Below, in pieces: positions 1 through 11,777 of a stretch of DNA of 64,000 bases. The notes under the pieces were generated by a model that had not been told where the DNA came from, ran no database searches, and saw nothing but the letters and a program-made list of their open reading frames with translations. Numbering within the stretch: position 1 is the first letter of the stretch; each line of letters begins with the position of its first letter. Origin of the DNA: Auanema rhodensis (lineage: Eukaryota; Animalia; Nematoda); assembly GCA_964057225.1 (NCBI GenBank), contig OZ059898.1, forward strand, positions 4,216,001 through 4,280,000, in the 5' to 3' direction. Both the position numbers and the translations under genes were made by a program.

Positions 1-919
1 GACCCCAAAAAGAAATTTTTTATGACCGGATATGTCGGGCAGCCGATATACAGAGAGCATCGCTCAAAAATCGTCTAAAACAGAATAAAGAGGTTTAATA
101 ATTATTCAAAAATGTAAAAAAATGTTTTTTCAGAAATTTGAACCTCCAACAGTACGTTCACCTTCTTTGGAATCACCTTCAATAGATTCCCAAACATATT
201 TGACTCCACCTACACTTCAAAGTATTATGTGTCTACCTAACAATGATGTCGTTTTATATTTAAATACATTTTTAATTAAAAAAACATTTTAGTTTTTAAA
301 ACCATTAGATATCAATCTAGTTCCGCCATCAACACCTACTAAACAAGAAGAAGAAATAAGATTGCCTGCTGAACGCATATTAGATCTTATGCAACTTGGA
401 TTTTCTTTTGATGAAGTTAAACAAGTATATCATTACTTTACATATTTCAATAGTATTTTTCTTTAAGATGACTGATCTTTTTGATCAATATAAAGATATA
501 ATGAAACCTCATAATCCAACGTTACAACAAGTTCTATCTCAGTTTTCAAACTTTATTTCTACTAACATTCCCGATCAGTTAAAACTTATATCATCAGCTT
601 TCAACTTACTGGAAATGGGATACAGTCGAAAAGAAGTTGCCAAAAGCTTGGCTCGTGAGGTAGGTATCAATAACTCTATTCATAGCCAATAAAAGGAGAA
701 ATGTAAGATATTGCTATATTAATTAATGATCAGGGGACCTGCCAAGTACAACGCGAACGACCGGAACTTGATGAATATGATAGGCCCTTGAAGATGTCAC
801 GTACTCAAAGAAACACATTAGATAGAGAAGACCGAGATGATGCAGAATATGACGCTTTGACGGAATCGTCTAATGGAAATCAGCAAGAAAACGCTCCAAC
901 CTCAGATGAACAAACGTGA
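1..919 (+). CDS. 3' part of a spliced gene encoding a protein with two UBA-like motifs (possibly UBAP1-like); 5' end lies outside the window
   Basis: Exons join in frame through short GT-AG introns (93-133, ~250-292, 425-467, 660-733). Reading: ...QKEIFYDRICRAA...PPSTPTKQEEE...ILDLMQLGFSFDEVKQ...FNLLEMGYSRKEVAKSL...DEQT, stop TGA at 917-919. LxxMG(F/Y) is the UBA loop motif. The UBAP1 (tandem UBA/SOUBA) assignment is inference. Confidence 0.55.
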
Positions 920-1788
920 CATAGAAATAATGCTATGATCGAGAAGTTCAAATCCAATTATTATCAAAACGATAGTCAACGGATTTTTGTAGATAATTGT
1001 CTATAATATAATTTAGTCAATTTTATGAATTAATTATTTATTAAGTAGGTTTACTAGTTACAATTCTAAATACTGAAGCCGCTGCTTCATCTACTTGATT
1101 AGGATATAGCTATTCCATCAACTGAATAATGTTCCTCTAATTTTCACATATCTCTCATAAAATTGATTTCTCATTTATAGAAGAAACCTTTCCAAACTGG
1201 AGAGAAGAATGCTATTAATTATAATTTGTATAACTTGATATGACATACATTTACCGTTCGAAATAATAATATCTGTGAAAAGTAGCAGATTTAAAGATTA
1301 AAGATTTTTATGATCTTATGAAACTTTTATGAGAAAAAAATTAATCAACCAACTAAATAATCCAAACTATCACAAAGTTATTATAGCAGAATCGCTTTCC
1401 TAATCATCTTCAGAATAACACTTATACGGAAAGAGAAACATGAAAAATGGAAACTTTTGAAATCTATAAAAGATTTGGCTGCAAACCATGTGTCACAAGC
1501 TCAAAATAAAGACCAGATTGAAATTAACCTCTTTTTTAAGTTTTATAATACAACTATGCCAAAATTAAATTTAATTAATATTTTAGAAGCACTATAATAT
1601 AATGCTTCGATATGATTTTGCCTTTTTTTGAAAAGGCTTAGTTTTTCAACCAGCTACAGTGATATAAGCAAGTATTGATACGGCTAAGATCTTCGAGAAC
1701 TATCCAAAAATTACAATTCTATACAAACTTTTTACAAATGTGTTAATAAGAGTATGCACCGAACCCGAAAAATGGAATAAGATGATTA

Positions 1789-4108
1789 CTAATGATGCAA
1801 AGGATGAACTCGGCAAGAATCTCCTACGGCAATAATGAGTCCAGCATTACCAGCACGACCACCCCAAGTGTCATTGTAAACAACTCTAGGGAAGTCGCTT
1901 CGCTTCTCAACAGGTCGAGCTGATGGAATCATGCAAAGTAAATTTCCAGAAGACAAGGACCAACCCCTAGTGTGCTCATCTTCTCCAACTTAAATAAAAA
2001 ACATTAATACAAAAAACCATAAACGTACGATAGCAACAAAAAAAAGTATATTAAGAACAAACCAGCGAAGAGAAAACGTTCTTGTCTATCAACATAAGCA
2101 GGTAAACGATAATGAGTATTTTTATGACCTTCAAACTTCATTATAGCTCTATCTGGTCTACGAAGATCCCATAATTTAAGCTGAACAAATACACTTTTCT
2201 TAATATAGTGCAAAAATTTAACCCCTTACCTGGCCTGAGAAGGTATCAGTAATAATACCATTTGGATGAGCAGACTGCAGTACACGGAGGTAGGATGCAT
2301 TGCGGGTTCCTGCATAAGTAATTAGAGATCATATTCATTATTGAGGACAATACCCTTCAGAGTTCCTGTTACATGTCTAGATGGCATGCGCAAGTCTGAT
2401 TGGATAACGTTCTCAGACCGCAAGCCCATGTAAATCAGGTTTCCATCCTGAAACAAACAAGAAAGAAATAAAATCATTTGAAATAAGAACACACGGGAGA
2501 AAACTGTTGACTGAGAACATTTCTTTTTTTACTAGAAATTAGAAAATGTTGTTCAGAAACTACATCCATAATTTTAGCGGAATCATTTAATCCTAAATAA
2601 TGAGTATTAATTTTCGAATTAGCTTCGTGAATAAACCCAAGGAAATTCTCATTTTGTTTCCTGACCAAGCACAGCTATATACAGATTGATCCATAGACCA
2701 TAAACTATTATAAATTGGACTATTTAAAATATCAATACTATCTGGAGAACAGAGTTCTGAAATTGGTTGCAGAAACACAGAACATCGAGTTCTCAGTCCA
2801 TGTACGGACATTCTAAAACGGTGTAATGAATATATGCAACAAATAAGAATGAGAAGAATAATCTTACCGTGTTCTCGCAGTGGCATAAAGACAGCATGTC
2901 ACATCCTTATCTACAGGTGCTATGCAAATATCTACCAAAGAAGGATCTCCCATCTCAGCCCAATGAGTAGAAGATTCAAACACAAGACCTTAAATGACAA
3001 AATAAAAACAATGTAGTTTATATCATACCCAATGTATTCAACGGGGTTTCCTCATTCTCTTGATCGGTCCTGCGTTCAGCTTCTCTCTTATTTTTACTGG
3101 AAAAAAAAATTAAGCCAAAAATGACAAAATAACAAACTCTGCTAAATCATCATCAACATGCACTTGAATTCCAATATTAGCTAAACGTTCTTTATTCATG
3201 GCATAATATTGGGTAGCCCAACAACTAAATAAATTAGTCCCATCAGCGGATGCTTCCATGAACTGACAACCTTTTAGTGAATAATAAGCAGTTAGCGGAT
3301 TCTACAACTTAATTTTATAACAAAATAAGGATAAAAATCAATTCACCTCATATATAACTGATGGATTTTTATTGATGTTAGCAATTCCCCCTTCAGTTAC
3401 TTTCAAACTAAATGTGTTACTCGAGATCCTTCCCAAACTCAAATCTGAATCACTAAATGAGCAAACGTTAATTATAAAAGATTACCACTCATGAGATGAG
3501 TAAGGGGAGTATAGCCAAACAAATTTGAACGAAGAGGATCCCTGTTGGCCCCAAATAAAGATAACCTTTTGTTTTCAAGGTCTACCCGTTTCTTATCAGC
3601 CAAAGTATGACCAGCAAGCTAGAAATGAAAAAAACAAAACTCAAATAGTAAAAAAAACAACTTACTCCTGATGTTTCACCTGCAATTTTAAAAAACTTTT
3701 TCGTTGTAGCATCATAATAGTACCCAGGAATATGAGGTTCTTTTTGGCTTGTAGTATCCAAGTTAACAGGTTCAGGATTGTTATGGGCAACTCTGTGCTG
3801 TCCTAAAATCAAACATAATGGTTTTCATAGTAACTAAAAACGATACTTCTATTCCATCTTTGCCTTGCTCTTCGGGCTGTTCCCTGTCTTTCAATTCTCT
3901 GAAACACATTTTTACAATATAAAATTTTAAAATTGCATACCCGACTACTATTAGGAACATTGGAAGTTATGCTCTGCATCCCTTAAACATATATATTAAA
4001 TTTGAAAACAACATGCAACGAACGTCGTTCACTACTAATCTGGGTAGGGTTAAGTCTTGGAGATCGTCTAGGCATGTGACTTCCATCATACATGTATCCA
4101 TCTACCAT
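1789..4108 (-). CDS. DCAF4: DDB1- and CUL4-associated factor 4 (WDR21)-like WD40 protein, multi-exon; start position approximate
   Basis: N-terminal IPGYYYDATTKKFFKI matches the DCAF4-type LPG(F/Y)Y(F/Y)D...K(Y/F)F motif. C-terminal exons read LKLWDLRRPDRAIMKFEGHKNTHYRLPAYVDRQERFLFA/VGEDEHTRGWSLSSGNLLCMIPSARP...FPRVVYNDTWGGRAGNAGLIIAVGDSCRVHPLHH*, closely paralleling the DCAF4 C-terminus (WDxR motif). Stop at 1789-1791. ATG at 4108 follows an acceptor-like TTAAG; a further upstream exon near 4380-4460 is possible. Confidence 0.85.
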
Positions 4109-5792
4109 ACTTAAGAAATGATCATTAAAAGATAATAATGTGATGTAGACAAAAAACATATAGAGGCCAATATACTAAGCATGCACAAACAAAAATATCA
4201 ATACACGCATTCGCCTATAGATATAAGCAAACCATTAGAAAGAATGATTCTAGTTTTACCACATAAAAAACTCAATACCATTCCAATGGGATGGATCGAT
4301 ACTAATGTTATCTCTTCAACATAGATCCATACAATCGGTTTTGTTATCCAAAATGTGGAAGCAGCAACACAACAAAAACCCGTTGCATTTGCCTTCAAGT
4401 CATATGTTCTGCCATTTCTCTGATGCCCCCCGTGAGGATGAAAATCATTCCGCAAATAAACTACGTATCGAGGCAGTACAGTAAAGTAATATTATGAATA
4501 CTTGCAGTTAGAAAATATGAATAAATATGATTTTTTTTAACCAAAATTATGGCAGTATGAATGTGTTTTAAAATTAACAAGTGTAATGTATTCTATATTT
4601 TCACGTTTAACAATGTAAACACAGCGAAACTCATATTCTTGACTCGTAAATCTTGAATATTATGGAAACTCAATAATGATTGGTGAAAATAATGCTGTAT
4701 ATAATTAATAATAGGCTATTATCATGATATAATTTTGAAATAGTAATAGTCAGAATTGTATGAGTCGAGATAAGAAGAAATAGAATATATGCGAACGACA
4801 GAATTATCTATACAAAGCAGTATTGCTTTTTTTTATTTTTTGATAAAAATTAATTTACTTCATATGAATAATTATTCTTAAAAAATTTAAAAAATGTCTT
4901 AGGAGGAAGCAAATATTTCTGAGGAAAATAATAATACTACTAAGATGTAATCTGATAATACTATAACGTGTGGTACGTGAATCTTAAATGTGTAATCATT
5001 AATAAACTCCAACGATTAATGAACGGTTGTTTTTAAGTTTCCTTCTTGTAATGTCATATTTGAATGAATACACAATTCAGTTCACAATTATGTTTTTCCC
5101 CTTGGAAGACGTTTACAGTAAGATATTTCCACAGTCTTTTTTTCGAAGGCGAGAAGCTGTGAGTTTGAAGGGTGCTTTGTAACGATCTGAATACAATAGG
5201 TGGTGAACATTTATTTGTAAGCACTTCGAAATTAGAAAACAATTTTCCCAACAAATAATTCTATAACACTGAAAAAGAAATTATGTTCCATTTGCTCTTC
5301 TGCGTCTATGACAAAGCAGAAACGTAGTATCCCTCATCTATCGTTTGACTTTAGAATATCTTCTTTCCATTGCACACATCTTCTAGTCTATCCCATTCTA
5401 TTGCATATCCCTTATCTTTCTCTCTTTTTCTGTATAGTTTCATCTGTTCCTACCTTCTTCACTCATTTTCTCTTTCCTTCATATCTTTCTCTTCTTTCTC
5501 TTAAGCTCCACCTTCCCCTTCCTTGTGAAATGCTCAGCTTTTTGTTCCTCATTTGAATCCATGCTTGACTCTTTGCTCCGCATTTCTACAACCATCTGAT
5601 CCATTTAAAAAAATTTCTGATTTTAACATATTTTTGTATATAAATATATTTTTATTATTTTATATAAATGAGAATTTTTGATTTAAATATGTATATTTTA
5701 TAAATTTTATTGAATATATTTTGCTTTTCCACATACTTATAACATATTTGTTTGTATGCCTTCAATATACCAGCTTTCACCCTCTATTACAG

Positions 5793-8046
5793 ATGAGCAC
5801 TGTTGAAAACGATAACCAGTCTACGAAACACTCACCAGCTGATTATAATACATCTTTTAACCCTGATGCTTATCTGCAGCATTATTTTAGCAAGTTGGTT
5901 TTACAGTTTGGCTACTATTCCATAAAAGTATTTTGTTAAATACATATAATTTCCAATCATTTTCTTTAAGAGAAAATCATTTTTTAAATTTAAAATTTGA
6001 TAATCTTAATTAATTTTAAACTTTATGAAGTCTCAAAAAGAAAAAGGTATATCTTTTTCATCTGTTTAGCTTTTATGAGCTTAAAAAATCGCTCTTTGTG
6101 CTTGGAAAAAGAAGGCGAGAAGAGTGCAGGTCAAACATCGCAAAATCCAATGTCGAAAATGACATCAGAGACTGAACTAAATATTCAAAAAAACGAGGCT
6201 CTTCAGCTGTAAATATAAAAGTGAAGAAAAAAAAACATTCGAGTAAGCTAATTGGTTAAGTGAAAGAAGAAGAGAATGTAATGAAGGACCTGTGTCAACG
6301 ATACTTCACAAGTATCGAAGTACAAATTGAAAAAAATCTTCTTATCACATTATTTCGATTAATCAAGTATCACTCAAAAAATATTTTTATTTATTATAAA
6401 GAAGTAAAAGAAAACTATTTATCTTCGAATAATTTTAATAACATTCATTTAAAACATATTTTTATTTTAATTATCACTGTTAATTCTTAAAATAATTTAT
6501 AATTTTCAATATGAAATAATCTTTCTCTAAGTTGGAATTTTCAAAGTAATAAGCTTATTAGAAGGAATAAATCATTTTATCAAAATACTCTATATTGTTG
6601 GTTTAGGGACTCAATTGAGGATGGAACACGTGTTTCATTATTCGCTCTTCCTGTTTTTGCTCATTTGATGATGCAGAGTATGCTTCCTCATGAACGACAG
6701 ACACTTCTAGATGTTGGTGCAGGTGGATATAGTTATAGTTTGGGCTGCAAATCTATTTCTTTTTCAGGACCTACTGTTTATACTGCTCTGTGCTTTCGAA
6801 GTGTGGTTAAACAAATATATTTGGCTGACTTTGTAGAGAAAAACCTGGACATTTTGAAAGACTGGATAGATCATAAAGATAATATGATTGATTGGTTTCC
6901 TACTATTCGTGTAATTAAGAGGTTTACAATAGATTATAAAATGCATTTAGTTCCTATCTTGCTTTCTAGAACTGAAGGAGGACCGCCATTCAGTGAAAAA
7001 GAGTTAGAAGAATGCGAGGATCTAGCTAGAAAGTTGGTGAAAGCTGGAGGAGTACTGTATGCCAACGTTCATGAACATCCCACAGTACCAAATTTGCCAA
7101 TTGAGCAAGTTTGTAAATGAATTATAAACTATATAATATTCTGAATAATAATAGGTTGACATATTGGTTACAATTTTTACATTAGAAAGTGCTTGCCGAA
7201 CATACCAGCAATACATTGATTGCCTGAAAAATACTGTAATTTATTGTTATTATATTTTAAATAGTATAACATGTGTTTTAAGACAAGTCCTTTGAGATCT
7301 GGTGGTCGTCTTGTGCTTGGTTCTGTTCTGGAAGACGATGCTTACAATTCAGGCAAACAGGTTCATTTTTTCGTTTTCAATATTTCCGTAAGACCATTGA
7401 AAGGGAGTTCAAAACAGAAAAAGGAAGATAAGAGATAAGAGATAAGTCTTTGAAAAAGAATCCAAAAGTTCTCAAACTGTGAATATCGCAACAAACCAAA
7501 CAGTGATACTTGAAAACGAAAAGGGATATGGAGGAAGTTCCCGACAACAATTGTCTCTAAGTAGTTCTATTGTCCTAATGATATCAGCAATTGGATTTCG
7601 CAGAGTTTTCAGTGGAAAATATTTCTTTACACTTACCAAGATCTTTTCTCTTTTCTTTTCTCTTTAATCTTCTCTCTTTCAATCATTTTCTTACTTTTTA
7701 AGATAAGGTATGACGGGATGTGTAGAGTTGGCATATCTCGTAGTTCCTCAAATTTCCTTGCATTACTTGCAGTCCCATGTTGGACGGCATAGGTTTCTTC
7801 TCTCTCAAAAGTTAATAGGATATTGTGAAAACTTTAAAAACAAATGTTTGGTAAAAAGAGAAAAGATTTTACAGCATGTAACTCTCGAAATTCAATAGAA
7901 AATTACAGGTAATATTTCATCTTCTCAATTTATCAGAAGAGAAAATACTGAATGCTCTGGAACTAATCGGAATGGATTTGAATACAATCAAGAAATATGT
8001 TTTACAAGATGAAGGAGTAATGTTCCTTATGATTACAAAACTATAA
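5793..8046 (+). CDS. NNMT/PNMT/TEMT-family SAM-dependent amine N-methyltransferase (nematode anmt-like), multi-exon
   Basis: MSTVEND...FNPDAYLQHYFSK (intron 5894-6606) DSIEDG...LLDVGAG/PTVYTALCFR...IYLADFVEKNL...IDWFP; then DILVTIFTLESAC; LRSGGRLVLGSVLEDDAYNSG; last exon ends MFLMITKL-TAA (8044-8046). These are the family's FxPxxYLxxY, LxDxGxGPT and FxLE motifs. Confidence 0.9.
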
Positions 8047-8612
8047 AGAAATTAATTATTGACGAAAAGAAATAGTATGACATACATCTGTATTATTATA
8101 GAATAATTGATTAATATTTTTGTTACAGTAGTATATAGAATCTCATCCACTTTCCATCTCCTCTTTTATTCATTTCATGATAATCTAATCCAATAATATT
8201 TCACTCAATATAGTCTTAACATGTATCTTATAATTATCAATTAAGTACTATGTAAAACTATAATGGATTTTTTCTAGAGAAAATTGAAAAAATTCTAGGG
8301 TTTTTCTAAAAATGTTGATAGTCTGAAATATTTTTGGAATGCGTGTGTTTGTTTAGGAATTTTTATCTTTACTTCAGTATTTATTATGTAATTTTTTTGT
8401 GATAAATAGTAGTTGTAACTTTATACATTTAGTATATATAAACTATATATATACATATAGTTCAATAAATATTTTTTATTATTTTAAATTATCAGAGAAG
8501 TATTATATCTTAGACAAAACAATAAATACTAGAGTTCAATGAGATCAGAAGAATCCTATGAGAAGAATTAAAGTTTTTTGTATTTTAAAATTGAAACTAT
8601 TAAAAAAGAATA

Positions 8613-10332
8613 TTATTGATATTCTTTTGAAATAGATGTAAAATAGAAATAAATAACAAAAAGAACATTAATTGATATTATAATATTATATATTATATTT
8701 ATATTTTGTTTTGATGATGATGATATAGATCGACGATATATATTTTGAGGTTTAAATATACAAAGTGATTCAAATTCTTCTCTATTTCTTATAATTACTG
8801 GATCTATAGCTATACGATATAGATGTAATGGACATAATTCATTTGAACATCCAGGAATCAACATCGTATATGGTTCATATACAGTAGAATTACGAAAAAG
8901 TACCTAAACTATAAAATAAATAAAATAATATAATTATATAATACCTTTATATAATGATTATTTGATATTTTGTGAAGTTCAAATATTAAAGCAGAAGCAT
9001 AAGGAGGTAATAGTTCATTTGATATACCTAATGTATACATTAGTGAAGTTATTGTTGCATCATGCTAAATATAAATATAATTATACTGTAGTTTATAGAT
9101 ATTTCAACTAACTGTTGAATATAGAGACATTTTTCGTTTTGTGTTTTTCACAATTTTTTCTTCGAATTCATTAAATAATTGTCCAACTAAATATCCTGTT
9201 CGAAGTTTACTTTTCATAAAACTATTAAAAGTTTCCATACGATTCTAAATATTTTAACATTAAAATAATATCAATGATAACTATATATATAGTTAACTTA
9301 CTTGTCTTTTCAATTCTATAATTACATCAAAAACTGTAATATTGAGTTCTAATCTCTCAAATAACCATGACGGTTGTATTAATCCATTCGCATACTATAA
9401 TTTCTATTTTTAGTTTGATAATTACATATATAGAATGTTTCTTTTATTTGTTTTCTTAATAATAAAATTGAAAAAACGTGTTGAGTAAAAGTTTTGAATT
9501 GTATAACTTTCGTTTCTTTCTTTAATCAACTCGTGATTATGATTAATGGGGTGGAGCGGAACCAACATTTTTGATAAGGAATGTGGATTTTTGATCTCGA
9601 AAAACAGAAAAAAGTATAATTTACCTCTCTAAATACTGTATTGTAAAGATTACTGATAGTGTCCATGTGAACATGCATCCCTGTTTTATTGGTCAGGAAA
9701 TTGAAAAATTCAGAATAGTCTTTGTTTCTTTTTTCATACAATTTTTTCTTATCATTTTGAACCAAATGATCAGCTGTAGCACATGGCAAACTTGTAGGCT
9801 TAAGTAACTAGAATATATTATAATTAATAATAATAAAACAAATATATATATAATTAACTTACAAGATCTTGTTTATAGCTTGAATACGTATGAATCGGTA
9901 CAAGTTCATTGGGGAATAACGTTTTAGTAACACCCATTGCTGTTTCAATGCAACGATCTTTGTCACTGGATCGAGCATAAACCTATATAAATTGAAAATA
10001 CAAAGATTATCAGTTTCCTACTTACTGTCTTCCTATTAACATCATTAATCAATTTTCTTTGCAAAGTATATCGATTTCTAAGAAAGTTGCCTAATTCTTG
10101 AGCTTGTTCGTAGCCCTGATTCGTAAGTTGACTATATCCTCTAAGCCAAGAATTTTCATCATGAATATCGAATGGATAAGAATAAGATGGAGCTCTATCT
10201 CCATGACTAAAATAACATAAATAAATTCATATAATTATAATGATAATAAACTGACCGAAAAAGGACTTGAACCATTTCCAACTCAGCTTCCACAATGGCT
10301 ATGAATAAAAAAAACAAGAAGAAAACGTTCAT
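8613..10332 (-). CDS. Histidine acid phosphatase (lysosomal/prostatic type, branch 2) with signal peptide and C-terminal hydrophobic segment; multi-exon
   Basis: ATG at 10332 begins the hydrophobic leader [17 protein letters not shown]. Catalytic RHGDRAP is split by an intron (FR|HGDRAP). Further motifs: [19 protein letters not shown], catalytic HD (YST|HDATI), [21 protein letters not shown], and a terminal hydrophobic run [19 protein letters not shown]. Confidence 0.9.
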
Positions 10333-11777
10333 CTTTGTAAAAAGTAATGGAAGCTCAAGCTCTATTCAGAAGAGAGAAGTGTCTTCTATTAGCTTAGAGA
10401 ACAATAGTTGAAAGAGTATAAACAGTAAATGATAACAAATCGAGGAACATTTTGATTTATATACTTTGTTGCAAGTGCCTTGAGGCGGTCTTCAGCTTTC
10501 TCTTCTACTTGCTTTCATTTTCTGACTTCCTTCTCTCTCTTTTTCATATTATTTTTCATAGATTCTCATGATAAGGAAGATGAGGGGGTAAGAACTTGAA
10601 GCTGTCGAAGACAGACATACCGATAGCAGAGTAAATTGCCGTTCTCAGACTTGCCAGACAAATACATTTAAATCTTCAAAACTATTTAACTTTGTTTTTA
10701 AAACAAATTTTTGATCATATAATCATCATATTTATCATTTAACAATGAATAGCAAGAAAAATAATAAAAGAGAAATAGTTAAGTCACATGCTTGATATGC
10801 TCATTCATATCACAAAATAGTGAAAAATGTCATATCATTGACTTCATTTATAATTTCAAATTTTATAATTTATAGTAGATTATATAATAATTTTTTAATA
10901 TTATGAATGATATCATAATTATATTATAAATATCACATATTATATTTTCCTTATTTATTGCTTATATTACATATTTCTATTGTATTTTCTATTTTATAGT
11001 TTATCATTATTACAATTTCGTTGACTTTTCTTCAATTTTTTTGAAAAAAAGAAAAATGTTTTTGTATTTGGTCAATGTTTTCTTGAAAATAGTTAACTAT
11101 TACCATGATAAGTAACAAGAAGAGAAAGAATTTGATTTGTCAAAGACGGATAGAATTATCGAATTATTTTGAAGAATCATTGGAATGTTATAAGCTTTCG
11201 GTGCTTTGTAAGTACGTCAAATATTTCTTTTCAAGATTTTGGAACACTTTGATTTGGAATTCATAAAACATGAAAAGTTGTTGATAATGTTTTAAAATGT
11301 TCAATAAACATATATTTGTACGGAGTATATGTGTTAAATTAAGCTTATATTACATTTTGCAGAATTGAATGACTTTATCAAAACAATTTATACAAACAGA
11401 TTGAATTCCCGTATGAAGTTGAAGGCTCATTTTAAAATGACAACATTAGACGGACATCTTATCACAATTAAAAAAAAACTGAATGAGAAAAAGAACCACG
11501 TACGATTCAAGTGTAATTGTCCCGTTATCAAAGAAAACTATACATAAAAGTATACAAAGTCCAATTTTAACTAAAAAATGGAGTAGCAATAGGGGGAAAA
11601 ATGAAAGACCCTGAGGCAAATTATTGATAGCCGAATATCAAACGACTAGTTACATTACAACTACTTCAAATTATATCAAAGAATCAAAGAAATAAGCATA
11701 GTTAAGAGATTCCATATGAGCTATATACTTGGAAACAAACAGATTCTGATGGTTATTAAATCTTATCTTTTTTAAAC

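Noticed and set aside
4198-7898. Short ORFs in introns, intergenic DNA or antisense to exons (e.g. 5054-5254, 5308-5556, 5997-6490, 7479-7898; also 35023-35304, 57644-57967)
   Set aside because: They have no motifs, low-complexity composition, and lie in introns or opposite well-supported coding sequence.
10477-10486. GCCT-TG-AGGC mini-palindrome as a bidirectional telomere-healing or DNA-elimination site
   Set aside because: A 4+4 bp palindrome is common by chance, it lies ~150 bp upstream of a host start codon, and there is no independent support.
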